Notes: generated from the letters alone by a model not told the origin. Counted from the whole stretch's first letter, positions 24,301 through 37,388 are shown. The stretch: 63,740 nucleotides of DNA, filler included, from Stramenopiles sp. TOSAG23-6 (GCA_900128565.1; 12 parts of 12 records of this genome joined end to end with filler, not necessarily neighbours in it), one strand, 5' to 3'. Made by a program: numbers and translations.

Positions 24301-26583
24301 TGAGGCATGATTATCTATATCGCCACCGCAGCTTTCTTTCACGCCGTCAGATTTTGGCATACATCCTACAGCAACTTTCCAGTTACATCCANTAGTATCA
24401 GTACACTCAGTTAAAGTCGTTTTATTTCCGCAAGAGTTACCTCCAAAACAATAACCTTCATTCAATTTTTTATCAGCTTCTTCATTNTTACAATCTGCGT
24501 CTTCAAGGGTCTCCTTGCATAAGTTAGTTTTCCAATCGCAATTGTTATTTTCAGAACAATTACTTGTGCTAGTTTTCGCGTTAAAACAACTTGAAGAATA
24601 ACCTGTTTCAGCATCCNTACAACCCCACCATTCACATTGTGCAGGGCANTCGGTCTTGGTTTTAAAAGATGAACACNTCACAAGTTTNTTTNCTACACCA
24701 CATTTNTCNTCATTCTTCGTCTCACATNGTGTACCTANATATCCCAAATCACACTGACACCGCGCCTTGATTTGTTCCCCCGTATCTAAAACCTTGCAAA
24801 NTCCATGTTNACAATAATTAGATTCTTCCTCACATTTCGTACAAGAGTCAGTTAAACTNTCGCNTGCAGTACAGTCAAGTGATCTGTTTTCTGAAAATTG
24901 ACAAGCAGTACCTTCATTAANAGCTTGAACAGATATGNTATAGTTTTTTTTGCATTGACNATTACAGGTTTCATGGGATTCAACACAATCTCTGTTACAT
25001 ATTGCAACATAAGGTTTATTGTCTGTTCTGCGACAATAAATTCCATCTTCTGCAGGACAGTGATTGAGGTTTGTTGCGCATTTAGTACAATGATCCGTCG
25101 TAATTGAATCTCGCAACGCATCACTACACATTTGTTCAGGACAACTCTTTCCGTCTCCTACTTTATCAAATATAATATCTTTACCCCGCAAGCAATCCCG
25201 GTAATCATGATGCTGTTTTTCCGGGTCAGCATCCTTGGTTCCTTCGAGAATATCACCACACGAATCAAGCCATTTAACTTTGCAGTCTCGATTACCACAA
25301 TTTTCACCCCACCATGTTACAGTCACATAATTCTTATCAACTAGCTTTGTCTCGCTCTCACAAATACACGTTGCAATACCTTCTGGAGATTTGCCACATT
25401 GGGCATTATTTCCACAATCTAAATCTTCACAATTAATACAGTCATCATACAAAGAGTCTAGAGCTTTACATGTTCCCGTGTCCCCATCATTGGCCTCACA
25501 ATTCTTGCCATTTCCACTTTTTGCTTTAGTAACAATAAATGTTTTACCACAATCACCATCACAGGGACTCCAATGACCTACACAATCATTCTCTTGTGTA
25601 CAATTTGGACCCATGTACCCTTCTTCACATTTACAATATGACAATCCATCTTCAAGGACACATTCGCCTTTCTCACTGCAGTTATTCATTTTGCTACAAT
25701 CAGCTTCGGCAATAGCTTCCTTCACCTTGCTACAAATTACATTATTTTGAAGTAAAACACATTTTTCGTTTGCCTTATTGCATTTGTCGCAAGTCCAACT
25801 AGGTATTTTTTCACATAAGTACTTATCGGTTACTTCATAGGCCCCACAATCCATTTCAGTAATACCACCCCTTGCCAGTGCATTTATTGCTCTTTTATAA
25901 ATGCGGTGATTGTCTAGACTCGTTGGATTACATCTAGTTTCACGTTTAAAGCAGTCGCATTCTCCATCCGAATTAATGGTAAAAAAATGTGACATGTCGC
26001 ATGATGTACGACAGTATTCATCACATTTTACGCTCAGATTTTTCCAGAACAAATCATCTGGGTTGGAGCTACTCTCAAAGGTCATTTTTTGATCACTTTC
26101 TACATTGCCACAATTTTTATCATCATGTAGAAACAGAGGCTCCAATGTTGTAGTTCCTGGCTTGTTCAATTTGAGACATTTTTTCGTATCGGTATCATTA
26201 TGTTCGATAATGCGTTTAGGTTGCCATAAAGAAGTTGATAATTTCGTCGCGTCTAACATTTTAAAGTTTCCAGGCGATGAACAACTAGAGCTACATTTCC
26301 CTCCTATCCAAGTTCCAAAGCTGGTTAAAGATGATTTTGTAACTGCAGTCATTTCAGAAATATCGTTTTTGTTGCGTGGAACTGCTAATTGCATTCCCCT
26401 CAGTTCACATTGTTCTTTCGCCGATTCCCAAGACACCAGTGGTCGATTTTTAAAACCTTGACTTCCTCCCAAGGATTCATAGAATTCAATTTCATCAATG
26501 TAACCAGTTGAACTATTAATTTCATAAGAAACTTTAGTTATCCTAATCGGAGGAGTAAACCTTTTGGACCACTGCCGAGCTGG
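21359..26583 (-). CDS. Large Cys-rich extracellular protein (C-type lectin, EGF, TSP1-like, many CPxGxYCP repeats, GGSTD linker); both ends truncated
   Basis: Uninterrupted ORF of more than 1700 aa with these motifs. Confidence 0.85.
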
Positions 26584-26736
26584 NNNNNNNNNNNNNNNNN
26601 NNNNNNNNNNNNNNNNNNNNNNNNNNNTTAATTAATTAANNNNNNNNNNNNNNNNNNNNNNNNNNNNNNNNNNNNNNNNNNNNGTACAAAATTTCGTACG
26701 AAAAATAAATTCGAAATTGAAAAAAATAAAACATAC

Positions 26737-27247
26737 ATGAGAAAACACCAACTTTCTGTTGACCTGCACGCGGTGGCGATACGAGACTTGGGAAAACTTT
26801 AGTTTCATTATTCTGTTGTTTAGATGCCTTCTTCTTTTTATGTTTATTTGTATTTTCATGAAAGTTAAATAGAATCCAACAATGACTAAAATTTTCTAAA
26901 TTTTGTAAAGACAAAGATGAGATTTTTTTCTTGTTCAATATCAAACGACCTCGAATTGCTGGAGCCAAAAGACCTTGACGGGGAGTGCCGAAACGACGTT
27001 GAAATGGTGATTGAATAACACCTATTTGTATGACATTCATTCCATTGTTTGATTCTTCAATTTGGATTTTTTGTCTGAGACTTTTTTCTGCTGCTATTCG
27101 AGCTCGACGTTCAGATGATAGCTTTGTACGAAGTCGAGCATTTTCTGCTAGCATGTCTTTATAAGAACAACTTAGAGCTTCTTTTACGGAAGAGAAATGT
27201 TGAAAAAATATAGGAATACATTGGCGTCGTGTCAATATAGTCGACAT
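26737..27247 (-). CDS. TRMO: TsaA/TrmO-family tRNA methyltransferase, first exon
   Basis: IGVIQSPFQRRFGTPRQG; LENFSHCWILFNFH; VSPPR...GVFS. Confidence 0.88.
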
Positions 27248-27574
27248 GCTGTTTACGACGATTTATTGGGAAATCATTTAAAATTTAGGACCGTTCCCAT
27301 ATTCAGTTTTTTTTATCGTGGGTACTACACTGAAGAAGTTCGTAGTGTCACCAAGGGAATAGTTGTTTTGATTCTTCTGCGGCAAACCTGTCTCTCTTCA
27401 GAATCTTTTTTTTGAAAAAAAACATCTCCAGGAATGTTCTTGATGCTTTTCCCGGAGATATCGATATCCATCTCATATATCTGGAAGAGGAGCAATCAGT
27501 AACTACCAATAGATTTCACATTTTTGGTTTAGATCAGTTCTGACGCGTTACCCTCGTACGTCATCCTCTGGAAA

Positions 27575-28315
27575 ATGAAATATCTCGTAGTATTATTGTG
27601 TGTTATAAGCTCAGGAAACGCTTATATTTGGGACATCTTGGGTGGAACAAGTAATCCAGAAAAACAAAATGATGACTTGCTAAAAATTGAAACTGCTATA
27701 CTTCAAAAGTTTGCTACAGCTGCTATTCACAACCTTGTACCAAAAAGTATTGAAATAAAACAGCCATTTTCATATACCAAAAGCATCGGATTAATGGATA
27801 CACAACTTGATTTCTCTTCGACTCATCTTTTGAATATGCAAAACAGTACCGTTGTTATTGACAACTTACACTATACACCAAACTCTAAAGGCGTCGCCAA
27901 TATGAAAGTATCAACTCTTGATCCAGAGATGACTTCCAGTGTAACAGCAAAAATGTGTGCGCATGCTACATCAACATGTGCTACTCTGCTGAATAATTTT
28001 TTAACTATGTTTAATTTTTCAAACTTGACAATGAATATTCAAACCAACTTCAAAATGAAAGAATTTGCTGGGATACCTTATGAACTAGCTGGAACTCCGT
28101 GCATCGGTCCGGTGACTAATGTATCTGTAACAGATGTAACAGTTAAAACTGAACTAAACCCAAGTTTAAACAAAGAAATGTCAAAGAGACTGACGGATCT
28201 TTTACACGGTTTTAACAAGAATATTGAACCAATTATTCTTAAAGCTTTGAATGACTCGCTAAAACTTTCACAGCAAGATAATCAAGATTGCAAAGAAGTT
28301 GCTCAAATGGTATAG
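27575..28315 (+). CDS. Secreted protein of unknown function
   Basis: ATG ORF with signal peptide. Confidence 0.7.
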   Translation: MKYLVVLLCVISSGNAYIWDILGGTSNPEKQNDDLLKIETAILQKFATAAIHNLVPKSIEIKQPFSYTKSIGLMDTQLDFSSTHLLNMQNSTVVIDNLHYTPNSKGVANMKVSTLDPEMTSSVTAKMCAHATSTCATLLNNFLTMFNFSNLTMNIQTNFKMKEFAGIPYELAGTPCIGPVTNVSVTDVTVKTELNPSLNKEMSKRLTDLLHGFNKNIEPIILKALNDSLKLSQQDNQDCKEVAQMV

Positions 28316-28652
28316 ATCAGAAAGAGTTTGCATGTATAACTGGTATTTAAATACTTTTTATATTTTCAAAGAGAATATGCAAATATTGTCAATATTGAAT
28401 ATAATATGAAGTTTTTGTTACCAATAAAGCTAGGGTTAGGGTTTTTGTTTGCTACCTTTGCAATATGCATAAAATATTCAAAATATATAATATATATTCG
28501 TCGTTTTACAAGCGTTGAACAAAACAAAATTATCCTTTTGCAATTTCTATAGATTCTTCCACGTACAATACATGTGTCTGTACATGTAGTATCTATTCTT
28601 AGTGACCGCAGGCGTAGTGGTGTTGGAGTAGTGTTGACAAGGTTGAAAGAAT

Positions 28653-29267
28653 ATGAGATCAACATTCGTACTTTTCGTTTTCATTAGGATTTTTTGTTTG
28701 GTGAAGGCCTCACTTTTTTCTGCCAAAGTCATTCCAGGTCGCTTAACAACTAACGTGGCTAAGATAGAGAGCGCTTCCAGGGCTAAATTCAAACGAAAAC
28801 CTTCTCAGCTAACTGGTTCATTTGACCTGCTTGAGTATTTAAAAGGTCAATGCTTCACGTTAAAGGAAGCAAAATACAAGTATGTTGTGTGTCCATTCCA
28901 CAGTGTGACACAAAGTGACTCTACAGATATTCAATGGAATGGAGTGTCAACAGTATATAACCTTGGTATATGGGAACATTGGGAAAGCACTACTGAATTT
29001 CTAAGAGTTATTGGTGCATCGTCAAATACAAAGACGATGTTTTTTACTGATGGTACAGATTGCCAGGGAGTTAAAGGAGGGAGAAAAACTCTAGTGCATT
29101 TTTCCTGTGGCTACTCACCTGAAACAAGAATATTGAGAGTGACAGAACATTCTATCTGTAGATACGTCGTACAAATGGAAACACCTATAGTTTGTTCCAG
29201 TCAACTGCTCATAAATAAGTACAAAAGTAACTACGAAAATGAAACGCGTTCTTGTCATAACTCTTAA
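28653..29267 (+). CDS. Secreted MRH-domain protein (glucosidase II beta / GNPTG-like)
   Basis: LKGQCF...YKYVVCPFHSVTQ...LGIW...FTDGTDC...RKTLVHFSCG...VTE..ICRY. Confidence 0.85.
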   Translation: MRSTFVLFVFIRIFCLVKASLFSAKVIPGRLTTNVAKIESASRAKFKRKPSQLTGSFDLLEYLKGQCFTLKEAKYKYVVCPFHSVTQSDSTDIQWNGVSTVYNLGIWEHWESTTEFLRVIGASSNTKTMFFTDGTDCQGVKGGRKTLVHFSCGYSPETRILRVTEHSICRYVVQMETPIVCSSQLLINKYKSNYENETRSCHNS

Positions 29268-29403
29268 AAAAATCGACAAAACATTTTTTTATTTTATTTA
29301 TTTTTTTTTTACTGTTTAGAAATCATAGAAATATGGGCGAAATATGGGATCATATACCTCTTTATCGGAAATGTACTTAAAATCTACCAACTACATATAC
29401 TGC

Positions 29404-30162
29404 CTAACGGCCACGAACTAGTTTCATCTGCTCACGCAAATTATTTTCACTTTCCTTCATTTTCTTCATCAGATAATTTTGTTGAACTTGAAGCGACTTC
29501 AGATTAGCTTTTAACTCAGTTTCATTTTTATCCAACGATGTACTTGTATCCGACTTCGAACTATGTAGAAACATCTTCCCAACAGCACGGTAAGTATTTG
29601 TTTCATTTGATACTTTTCCCAACTCTTTCTTTGTAAGTACGCTTACTTTAAGTTCTTTTTCAATTCCTTTAATTTTACCGCTACACTGCAACAATTGGGT
29701 TCGATGAGTTTCTTGTTCTTGGGTCAATCGGATTAACTCCTGGTTGACAGCTTGTCCAGTGAGTGCAGTCATATTCTTTCGGTTGTTCTCCTTTTCAACA
29801 CGAGCTATCGCTTTCTCCAGCGCCTTCTTAATAGACTCGTCTGTGGGATGAAGTTCTAAACCTCTCTCGAGCGTAGAGCGTGCATCAATGAACATGCCTT
29901 GTTTCTGCTGCGCTAAAGCTAGACGCACCCATCCCTTCGTAAACCCTGGTTTTAGCTTCACACATTGCGCAGCATCATTTTCAGACTCAACCCACATTTT
30001 TTTACTCTGGTACGCTGCTGCACGATTGGAATAACAGAGGGCAGCGTTTTCACTCTCTGAGTCAACATTAATTGCAGCAGTGTACAGCTTGATAGCCTTA
30101 TCAAAGTTGCGTCCTTTAAATGCTTCATTGCCTTGCGCTTTCAGCTCCTCCATGGTTGACAT
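29404..30162 (-). CDS. TPR domain fused to a prefoldin beta-type (subunit 1-like) domain
   Basis: KAQGNEAFK...YSNRAAAY; TNTYRAVGKMFL between coiled coils. Confidence 0.8.
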   Translation of the reverse strand: MSTMEELKAQGNEAFKGRNFDKAIKLYTAAINVDSESENAALCYSNRAAAYQSKKMWVESENDAAQCVKLKPGFTKGWVRLALAQQKQGMFIDARSTLERGLELHPTDESIKKALEKAIARVEKENNRKNMTALTGQAVNQELIRLTQEQETHRTQLLQCSGKIKGIEKELKVSVLTKKELGKVSNETNTYRAVGKMFLHSSKSDTSTSLDKNETELKANLKSLQVQQNYLMKKMKESENNLREQMKLVRGR

Positions 30163-30506
30163 TATTCTATCTAGTCTCGTATTGTGGTGAAACTCTAATG
30201 CACAAATAATTATTATTGAACGAGATCATCTCATTGATATCGTGGCCGATGATCAATGATCATGTCAAAACGCCACGTGGCATTGAAAAATTGAAATTTT
30301 TCTTTTGAAAATTTGAAAATGAAGTTGAAGAAGACTTGAAGTTGAAGCTTGAAAAGTTGTAAAGAACTTGAGTTATTCACAAACAAACGCACCAGAATAC
30401 TTTATATACGTAATGCTTTTTGTTTTTCAAAAAAATATTATTTAGTGAATACGTCCAGTGAGTGAGACATCAAATTATCGATGTTAATTCATCTTCATTT
30501 CTCTTG

Positions 30507-30926
30507 ATGAATCCTATCCATCAAGTATTCGCTTTCTACGCTGGTAACAAAAACTATCTAGACAAGTACGATTTAAGAGCAGCGTGCAACGCTGTTCTTG
30601 GACATCTTCCTAGTAAACAAGAGCTAGATTCAGCATGCAAATTTCAAACAGATTGTCATGTCGTGTTATCACAATTTCAAGATTTTATCAAAGCAAGTCA
30701 AAGGAGAACAACAAAACGTCAAAGAATGCGAGAACTTTTCAACGCTTTCGATATTAGAAGCAAAGGATTCATTACTGAACAAGACTTACGGTCGGTCTTT
30801 CTTGACGTTTCTGGTACATCCGTCGCAAATGAAACAATTTCTGAAATATTCTCTGAAGCAGATGAAGATAAAGACGGTCGTGTTACGTTGGAAGATTTTG
30901 CACGTGTCATGTTAAATGATAACTAA
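30507..30926 (+). CDS. EF-hand protein (EFCAB11-like)
   Basis: FDIRSKGFITEQD; ADEDKDGRVTLEDF. Confidence 0.8.
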   Translation: MNPIHQVFAFYAGNKNYLDKYDLRAACNAVLGHLPSKQELDSACKFQTDCHVVLSQFQDFIKASQRRTTKRQRMRELFNAFDIRSKGFITEQDLRSVFLDVSGTSVANETISEIFSEADEDKDGRVTLEDFARVMLNDN

Positions 30927-31126
30927 TATAATGTAAAAACATTTGTCGTAGAGATCATAATTTTTATTTCTTAATAAATGAAAAAAAATTAACTATAAAA
31001 TTCCTGATTTGCATATATTTTGCTATTTGTTTCGAGTCGGTGTTTAGATTATTCTAAATCATATTTTTTAGATTTCATACGCTGTCGGTTGTCATTATAA
31101 TTGAATTATTGTTGATGAAACCGTCA

Positions 31127-31852
31127 TTATAATTGAATTATTGTTGATGAAACCGTTAGATTGATAGGCGAGTGCTTGTAACAATACAAATCGTCATCAC
31201 TCCCGATGTTTTCTTCAACCGCTAGTAAATCACAGTCCCCACACGGTGATGTGAATTCACTTTCATTACTATAAATCATTGGGGTACTTATTTCTAAAAT
31301 ATTTTCATTATTATGATTCTTATGATTTGTATGATTATTTTCTTGATTTCCTAAATCTCTTTTTTTAACATCTGTTTGAGACATCTCTGACAAGGCAGAA
31401 TCCTCAACTTCATTTACAAAACCAGACGTTTTCACCTCAGAGTTACGCAAGTCAATCATATTTTGTATGAGTTCAAGAGCCCCAGGATTGTATTGCTGTA
31501 ATGTATGCCACTCACTTTGCTCCACTTCACGCATTACTCTATGTTGTGAAAAAATATTTTTTTCATTTTTTTGTTAGGTACAAAATTTCGTACGAAAAAA
31601 CAAAAATTCGAAATTGAAAAAAAATTGAAAAAAAAAACATACCTAGGTAAAGGTGTTCGTTTTACAGCGGTCGGGTGTCCAAGTTCCGAGAAAGCTAATG
31701 ATACATCTGATACCCATGAAAAACATTCGCCCCATCCTTTTTCTTTTTGCAATGAACATAAATGAACAGCTTCATGAAGCATCTGTTTACTGTTTGCTCC
31801 CCCACCTACAAAAATGACATATTTTGAAGCCACAAGTAGTGCTGCAGCTGCC
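31127..31852 (-). CDS. 3' exons of an unknown (possibly cyclin-like) protein; intron 31539-31642
   Basis: AAAALLVAS; junction PLPR-VMREVE in frame. Confidence 0.6.
31539..31642 (-). mobile_element. Introner-like intron with GT...AG
   Basis: AG|GTATGT...TTCACAACAT-AG; AG/AG flanks. Confidence 0.85.
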
Positions 31853-32004
31853 ATGTATTTTGGAAAAATATTTCAAAAAAAAATCGTTAGGTACAAAATT
31901 TCGTNNNNNNNNNNNNNNNNNNNNNNNNNNNNNNNNNNNNNNNNNNNNTTAATTAATTAANNNNNNNNNNNNNNNNNNNNNNNNNNNNNNNNNNNNNNNN
32001 NNNN

Positions 32005-35000
32005 GATTAGTCAATGTAGTTGGTGATATAGTGATTGCATCTGGTACTGTAGCTTATCTGGGTCCGTTTTCTATGGTATACAGAAAAGATTGTATTGAGG
32101 CTTGGTCTTCTGTACTTCGTTCTCAAAAAGTACCTTGTTCTGAAGTATTTAATATGCAAATTGTTTTAGGAAGTGATATACAGACACGTGAATGGACCAT
32201 CAACAAGTTACCAAATGATTCCTTTTCCATTGATAATGCAATTATTTTAGACAAGTCCGCGCGATGGCCATTGATGATTGACCCGCAGATGCAGGCAAAC
32301 AAATGGGTTCGAAATATGGAGTCTGAAACTGAGCCACCTTTGAAAATATGCAAACAAAATGAAGCAACATTTGTACGTACTATTGAAAANNNNNNNNNNN
32401 NNNNNNNNNNNNNNNNNNNNNNNNCACACCGAATATGATCTCTAAGCATATTTTTGATTAGTGAGTCGTACAAGTTGATAAATGTCTTGATGTGTTCATT
32501 TCTCGTGACCATTAATGGTACTTTTACGTTTCGCATAGCAAAGTCAGCAAGTGGAGGTGTTGAAACAATTCGTGTTGGAGATACGTATGTTGAATATGAC
32601 CAGCGTTTCAAATTGTACATTACTACAAAATTACCTAATCCGCATTTTCCACCTGAGATTTGCGTTCAAGTTAATCTACTAAATTTTGTTGCTACTCAGA
32701 AAGGTCTTGAAGATCAAATGCTTGGAATTGTTGTATCCGCTGAGCGACCTGATCTTGCTACACAGCTTCAGCAACTGGTTGTCGAAGATGCAGCAAATCA
32801 AAAGAAATTGACAGAACTTGAAGACAAGATTTTACATTTACTTGCTTCTGCTGAGGGAAATATTTTGGATGATAGCGTTCTTATTAAAGCTTTAGGAGAC
32901 TCCAAAATTACGTCGGATCAGATTATGGCACAAGTGAAGGTAGCAGCACGTACAAAAGCAAGAATCGAAGAGACTCGTAAAGAGTACCAACCTGTAGCAT
33001 ATGCATCAAGTAATATTTTCTTTTGCATTGCTGATTTGTGTAATGTGGATCCGATGTATCAGTATTCATTAGAGTTCTTTATCAACTTGTTTCTTGTTGC
33101 AATAGAGCGTGCGTTGACGTCGAAGAAAGTGAGTAAGCGAGTTAGTTATCTCAACGATTCCATGTTGAGGGTATTATATCAAAACGTTTGCCGTTCTTTG
33201 TTTGAGAAAGACAAGCTTATGTTTTCATTCATGCTTACCTCCACAATTCTAATCATGTCAAAGAAAATCACAATGTCACATTTGCGTTTCTTTGTTCAGG
33301 GATCAACTTCATTGAAATTAGCAAAACCAAATCCATGCAAAGGTAGAGGCACATCAAAATGGCTTAGCGATAGAAATTGGGGCGACATCTTAGCATTATC
33401 CGAACAAACTGGTTATGAATCATTTGCAGAACTTATGAGTTCAGAGTTATCAAAATGGGCACCGGTGATGACAGGTAACGACAACCCAATAGATTTGATA
33501 ACCGAATTGGTCAAAAGTTCTTTTCCAGAAGTGTGGGATGTGGGTATGATTCTTCGGTGTTTACGACCTGATTATGTGACAGAATGTGTACAGAAAATTG
33601 TAATTGAACACATGGGACGTGAATTTGTCGAACCTCCCGCATTTGATCTCGCAGCTTGTTATGAAGATGCTACAAATGTCATTCCATTGATTTTTGTTCT
33701 TGCACCTGGTGCGGATCCAGTTACTGATTTACTTAATTTTGCGGCCAAAGAAGGATATGGAGACAAACTTATTTGCGTATCTTTAGGTCAAGGTCAAGGA
33801 CCAATTGCAGAGAAAGCTGTAGACGAGTCTATAGATAAAGGTAGTTGGGTATGTTTACAGAATTGTCATTTATGTAAGAGTTGGATGCCTTCACTTGAAA
33901 AGATTGTCGAAAATTTAGATCCAACTCGCATTCATGATTCTTTTCGAATGTGGTTGACTTCAATGCCTGCCCTACATTTCCCAGTTTCTGTGTTGCAANN
34001 NNNNNNNNNNNNNNNNNNNNNNNNNNNATCCGCGCCTCTCTTATTGGAACATACACGAATATGAATCCGGATACATTTGAAGGTTGTCGTCATGAAAAAG
34101 CGTTCAAGAAGATGCTTTTTGGTCTTTCCTTTTTTCATGCTCTTGTGAGAGAAAGATGTTCATACGGGCCTTTAGGTTGGAACATTCCATACGCATTTTC
34201 TGAGCCGGACCTTCGTATTTCAATTGATCAATTGAGAAATATTCTCGATGTGAGTGATTTTATTCCATACAGTGCTTTGAATTATTTAGTATCTGAATGT
34301 AACTATGGCGGCCGTGTTACAGATGATAAAGATAGGAGATATATGACTTATATTAAATCTCTTCCACTTGTTGAAGGACCTGAAATATTTGGTATGCATA
34401 ATAATGCATCTATTACATCAGCAACACAGGAAACGAATTATCTATTTAGTACTATCTTGAGTCTACAACCAAAAGCTAGTGGAGAGGAAGGTATGACTTG
34501 GGAAGATACTTTATCTATATTAGCAAATAAGATTGAGCGCCGAATCCCTGAATTATATGACATTGAAAAAGTAGTCATTGATTACCCAATTACATATTCT
34601 GAATCAATGAATACTGTTCTTGTTCAAGAGTTGGAAAGGTTTAATGTTCTTGTGAAGAGAATTAAAGACTCTCTTCGAGATATTCAGCGTGCAATTACTG
34701 GAGAAGTTGTAATGTCTAAAGCTTTACTCCAAATGGGTACTGAAATGTCTGATGGTTTAGTCCCCGAGATGTGGTCTAGCGTAGCATACCCATCGCTATG
34801 CCCTCTTGGATCATGGGTGACTGATCTATTGAAGAGATTGAAATTCTTTGATGAATGGATTGACGGTGGCGTTCCAGCTATATTCTGGATTTCTGGATTC
34901 TTTTTTACACAGGCCTTTTTGACTGGAACAAGGCAAAATTTTGCAAGGAAATATACGATCCCAATTGATTTGGTTGAGTGGGATTTTTCAGTTCTATCAC

Positions 35001-35359
35001 CCGCAGAATCAAATAAAGTGAATGAACGTGCACCTGATGGTGCATATGTTCAAGGAATGTTTTTAGATGGAGCTGGCTGGGATGTAGAGAGTATGGTGTT
35101 GTGTGAATCGGCACCAAAAGTATTATATACTCCAATGATGACTGTTTTGATTCTTCCTCTGCATATGGATGACAAGGACAGAACCAAGCACTCATACAAA
35201 ACACCACTTTATAAGACATCTGAAAGAAGAGGAATGTTGTCAACTACAGGACATTCTACAAATTTTGTACTAATGTTTGAACTGCCTATGGGGAAAGAAC
35301 ATTCAGAAAAACATTGGGTCAAAAGAGGGGTTGCAATGCTTACCCAACTTGATGATTAA
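32005..35359 (+). CDS. Axonemal dynein heavy chain, C-terminal part (AAA5 to C-terminus); gaps, and a canonical acceptor at 32538
   Basis: RWPLMIDPQ; ISLGQGQG-type motif; WVCLQNCHL; NYGGRVTDDKDRR; LSTTGHSTNFV; HWVKRGVA. Confidence 0.95.
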
Positions 35360-35540
35360 TTTACACGAGCGTAGCGAGTTAAAATAATAGCAAGATTAAA
35401 AGTCAAAAAATAGTAAGATTAAAAGTCAAAATCATTTTGATAATGTAAAATAATAAAAAAATACAATGATTTTCAATCGGGTACCCGGTAATTATATGTT
35501 TTTCATATTTATTTATTCAAAATTTTTTAAAAAAGAGATA

Positions 35541-35630
35541 TCCCTTCGGCCGGAATCGAACCAGCGACCGCTCGGTATATGCTTGTTTAACTATTACAGC
35601 CGAGCGCTCTACCAACTGAGCTACAAAGGA
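35541..35630 (-). tRNA. tRNA-Tyr(GTA) with a 17-nt intron
   Basis: TCCTTTG-TAGCTCAGTTGGTAGAGC, stem CTCGG/CCGAG around CT-GTA-A, GGTTCGATTCC, downstream T-run. Confidence 0.95.
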
Positions 35631-35687
35631 CACGAAAAGTGGCGAAACCAACATTAATAAACGAAAACTTGAATTTAGCTCACTCCA

Positions 35688-36527
35688 TCAGAAATGAAAC
35701 AAATGTTGAAGTTCGCATCCACTAGCATCAAGTTTCTTATGTCCTAGTATACAAAAAAAGTCATCGGAAGCAAGCATAGAATACATACATAATGTTGCTA
35801 TTAAAACAACATATACACAAATGTTGAATGCTAGGTAGTAATTTCTCATACAAAAATGAGGTGACCATTGATTATTTATACCATCTTTACTACACCAATG
35901 AAACATCAGCATGGTTATTGCAATAGTACACACAACCCCAATGATACTTATGAATAAAACTGGGATAGTGACTTCTCCTAGATAAAGTCTTTCCGTTGGA
36001 ACCCCAAGAAATATGAGAAATAGTATAGCATTGAGTTCAGTCCTTTGATTTTGTTTTGAACAAATTGTTGTAGGGTTAGGGTTTCCAGAATTACCAACAG
36101 GTGTTTTTTTATTTACTCGTAGGCCTGGATTAGTACCACTTGGAAGTTTTGTCTTTTTCCCTTTATTGTTTTTTAATTTCAATGTACCATTTTTATTGAT
36201 CTTTACAAATCTAAATGTGGGAGAGGAGATCTTGTCCCAGTGACCCTGGCGCCTCGCCTCGCTTACAACTTTGTTTGGATTTGTTTTTGGATTTGTTGTT
36301 GTATCCTTTATATCTCTTATATTTTGTTGTTGTACACTTTTGACTAATTTAAATGTACCACTGTTATCTATTTTTTTAAGTCTAAACATTGGAGATAGCT
36401 CGATCATTTCTAATAAGCCTTTGTTATGTGTTGTTCCGTGTTTGGTTCTATCTAGTTGGTTTTCTGACTTTGTGACCAACACAACAGAAATTAGAAGCAG
36501 AAATATTGTTTTTTCAAGTCTAAACAT
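35688..36527 (-). CDS. TM2-domain-like membrane protein with signal peptide and SPxFRxxK repeats
   Basis: IFLGVPTERLYLGE followed by TM helices. Confidence 0.65.
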   Translation of the reverse strand: MFRLEKTIFLLLISVVLVTKSENQLDRTKHGTTHNKGLLEMIELSPMFRLKKIDNSGTFKLVKSVQQQNIRDIKDTTTNPKTNPNKVVSEARRQGHWDKISSPTFRFVKINKNGTLKLKNNKGKKTKLPSGTNPGLRVNKKTPVGNSGNPNPTTICSKQNQRTELNAILFLIFLGVPTERLYLGEVTIPVLFISIIGVVCTIAITMLMFHWCSKDGINNQWSPHFCMRNYYLAFNICVYVVLIATLCMYSMLASDDFFCILGHKKLDASGCELQHLFHF

Positions 36528-36926
36528 TGGAGATATATTTTCGTATTTAGACCATTGTTAAACGCAAATGTAGTTCCAGTCTTGAACAGAAACGATGCTG
36601 CTCAAGAGATAATGAGTTGTAGTGAAAACGAGTTCTAGTACCAGCTCTGGATACAACTGATCCGTGCCGACGTATCTTAAAGTAATACAGTTGTATAGCC
36701 TACAAGAGCTGTTGGGAACTTTGTTTCAAAAATTTGCTTCTCTCAGGATCGAAAAACGTGAGACAAACCTGCTCGCGATATCGGCTTTTAATATTTTTTT
36801 TTTTTTTATTTTTTTTGCCTGACCAATTCACAACAAAAAACTAAAATTTTTACGCCTTCTTTGACAAAATCCTGTAATATTTTTTGATTTGTACTATTGA
36901 TATCAAAATAGTACCATCAAAATAGA

Positions 36927-37223
36927 ATGATGAATATTCCTCAGTATTATGGTGGAATCGAAGGTGGCGGGACTTGTTCAAATATGATAATTTTGAACCA
37001 AAAAGGTGTCGTTGTAGGTCAGTCAGAGGGACTTGGTACAAATCATTGGTTGGTTGGTATTGAAGAATGTGTATCAAGGTTGTTTCTGTTAGTAAAAGAT
37101 GCAAAGCTATCTGCGGGACTTGATGTAGACATCCCGCTGACTACTCTTGGTATTAGTTTGAGCGGTGCCGACAAAGTTGAAGAAAAAAAAGCCATAGTGG
37201 AAGAATTAAAAGCCGATATCGCG
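36927..37223 (+). CDS. NAGK: N-acetylglucosamine kinase, N-terminal part
   Basis: YGGIEGGGT; GTNHWLVG; LGISLSG. Confidence 0.9.
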
Positions 37224-37388
37224 NNNNNNNNNNNNNNNNNNNNNNNNNNNNNNNNNNNNNNNNNNNNTTAATTAATTAANNNNNNNNNNNNNNNNNNNNN
37301 NNNNNNNNNNNNNNNNNNNNNNNGATGTAAAAAAAAAAATTGTTAGGTACAAAATTTCGTATGAAAAAAAAAAAAAAATAAAACAAAC

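Noticed and set aside
23640-24470. Internal repeat EGYCFGxNSCxNKTT as a mobile element
   Set aside because: In-frame domain duplication within the Cys-rich protein.
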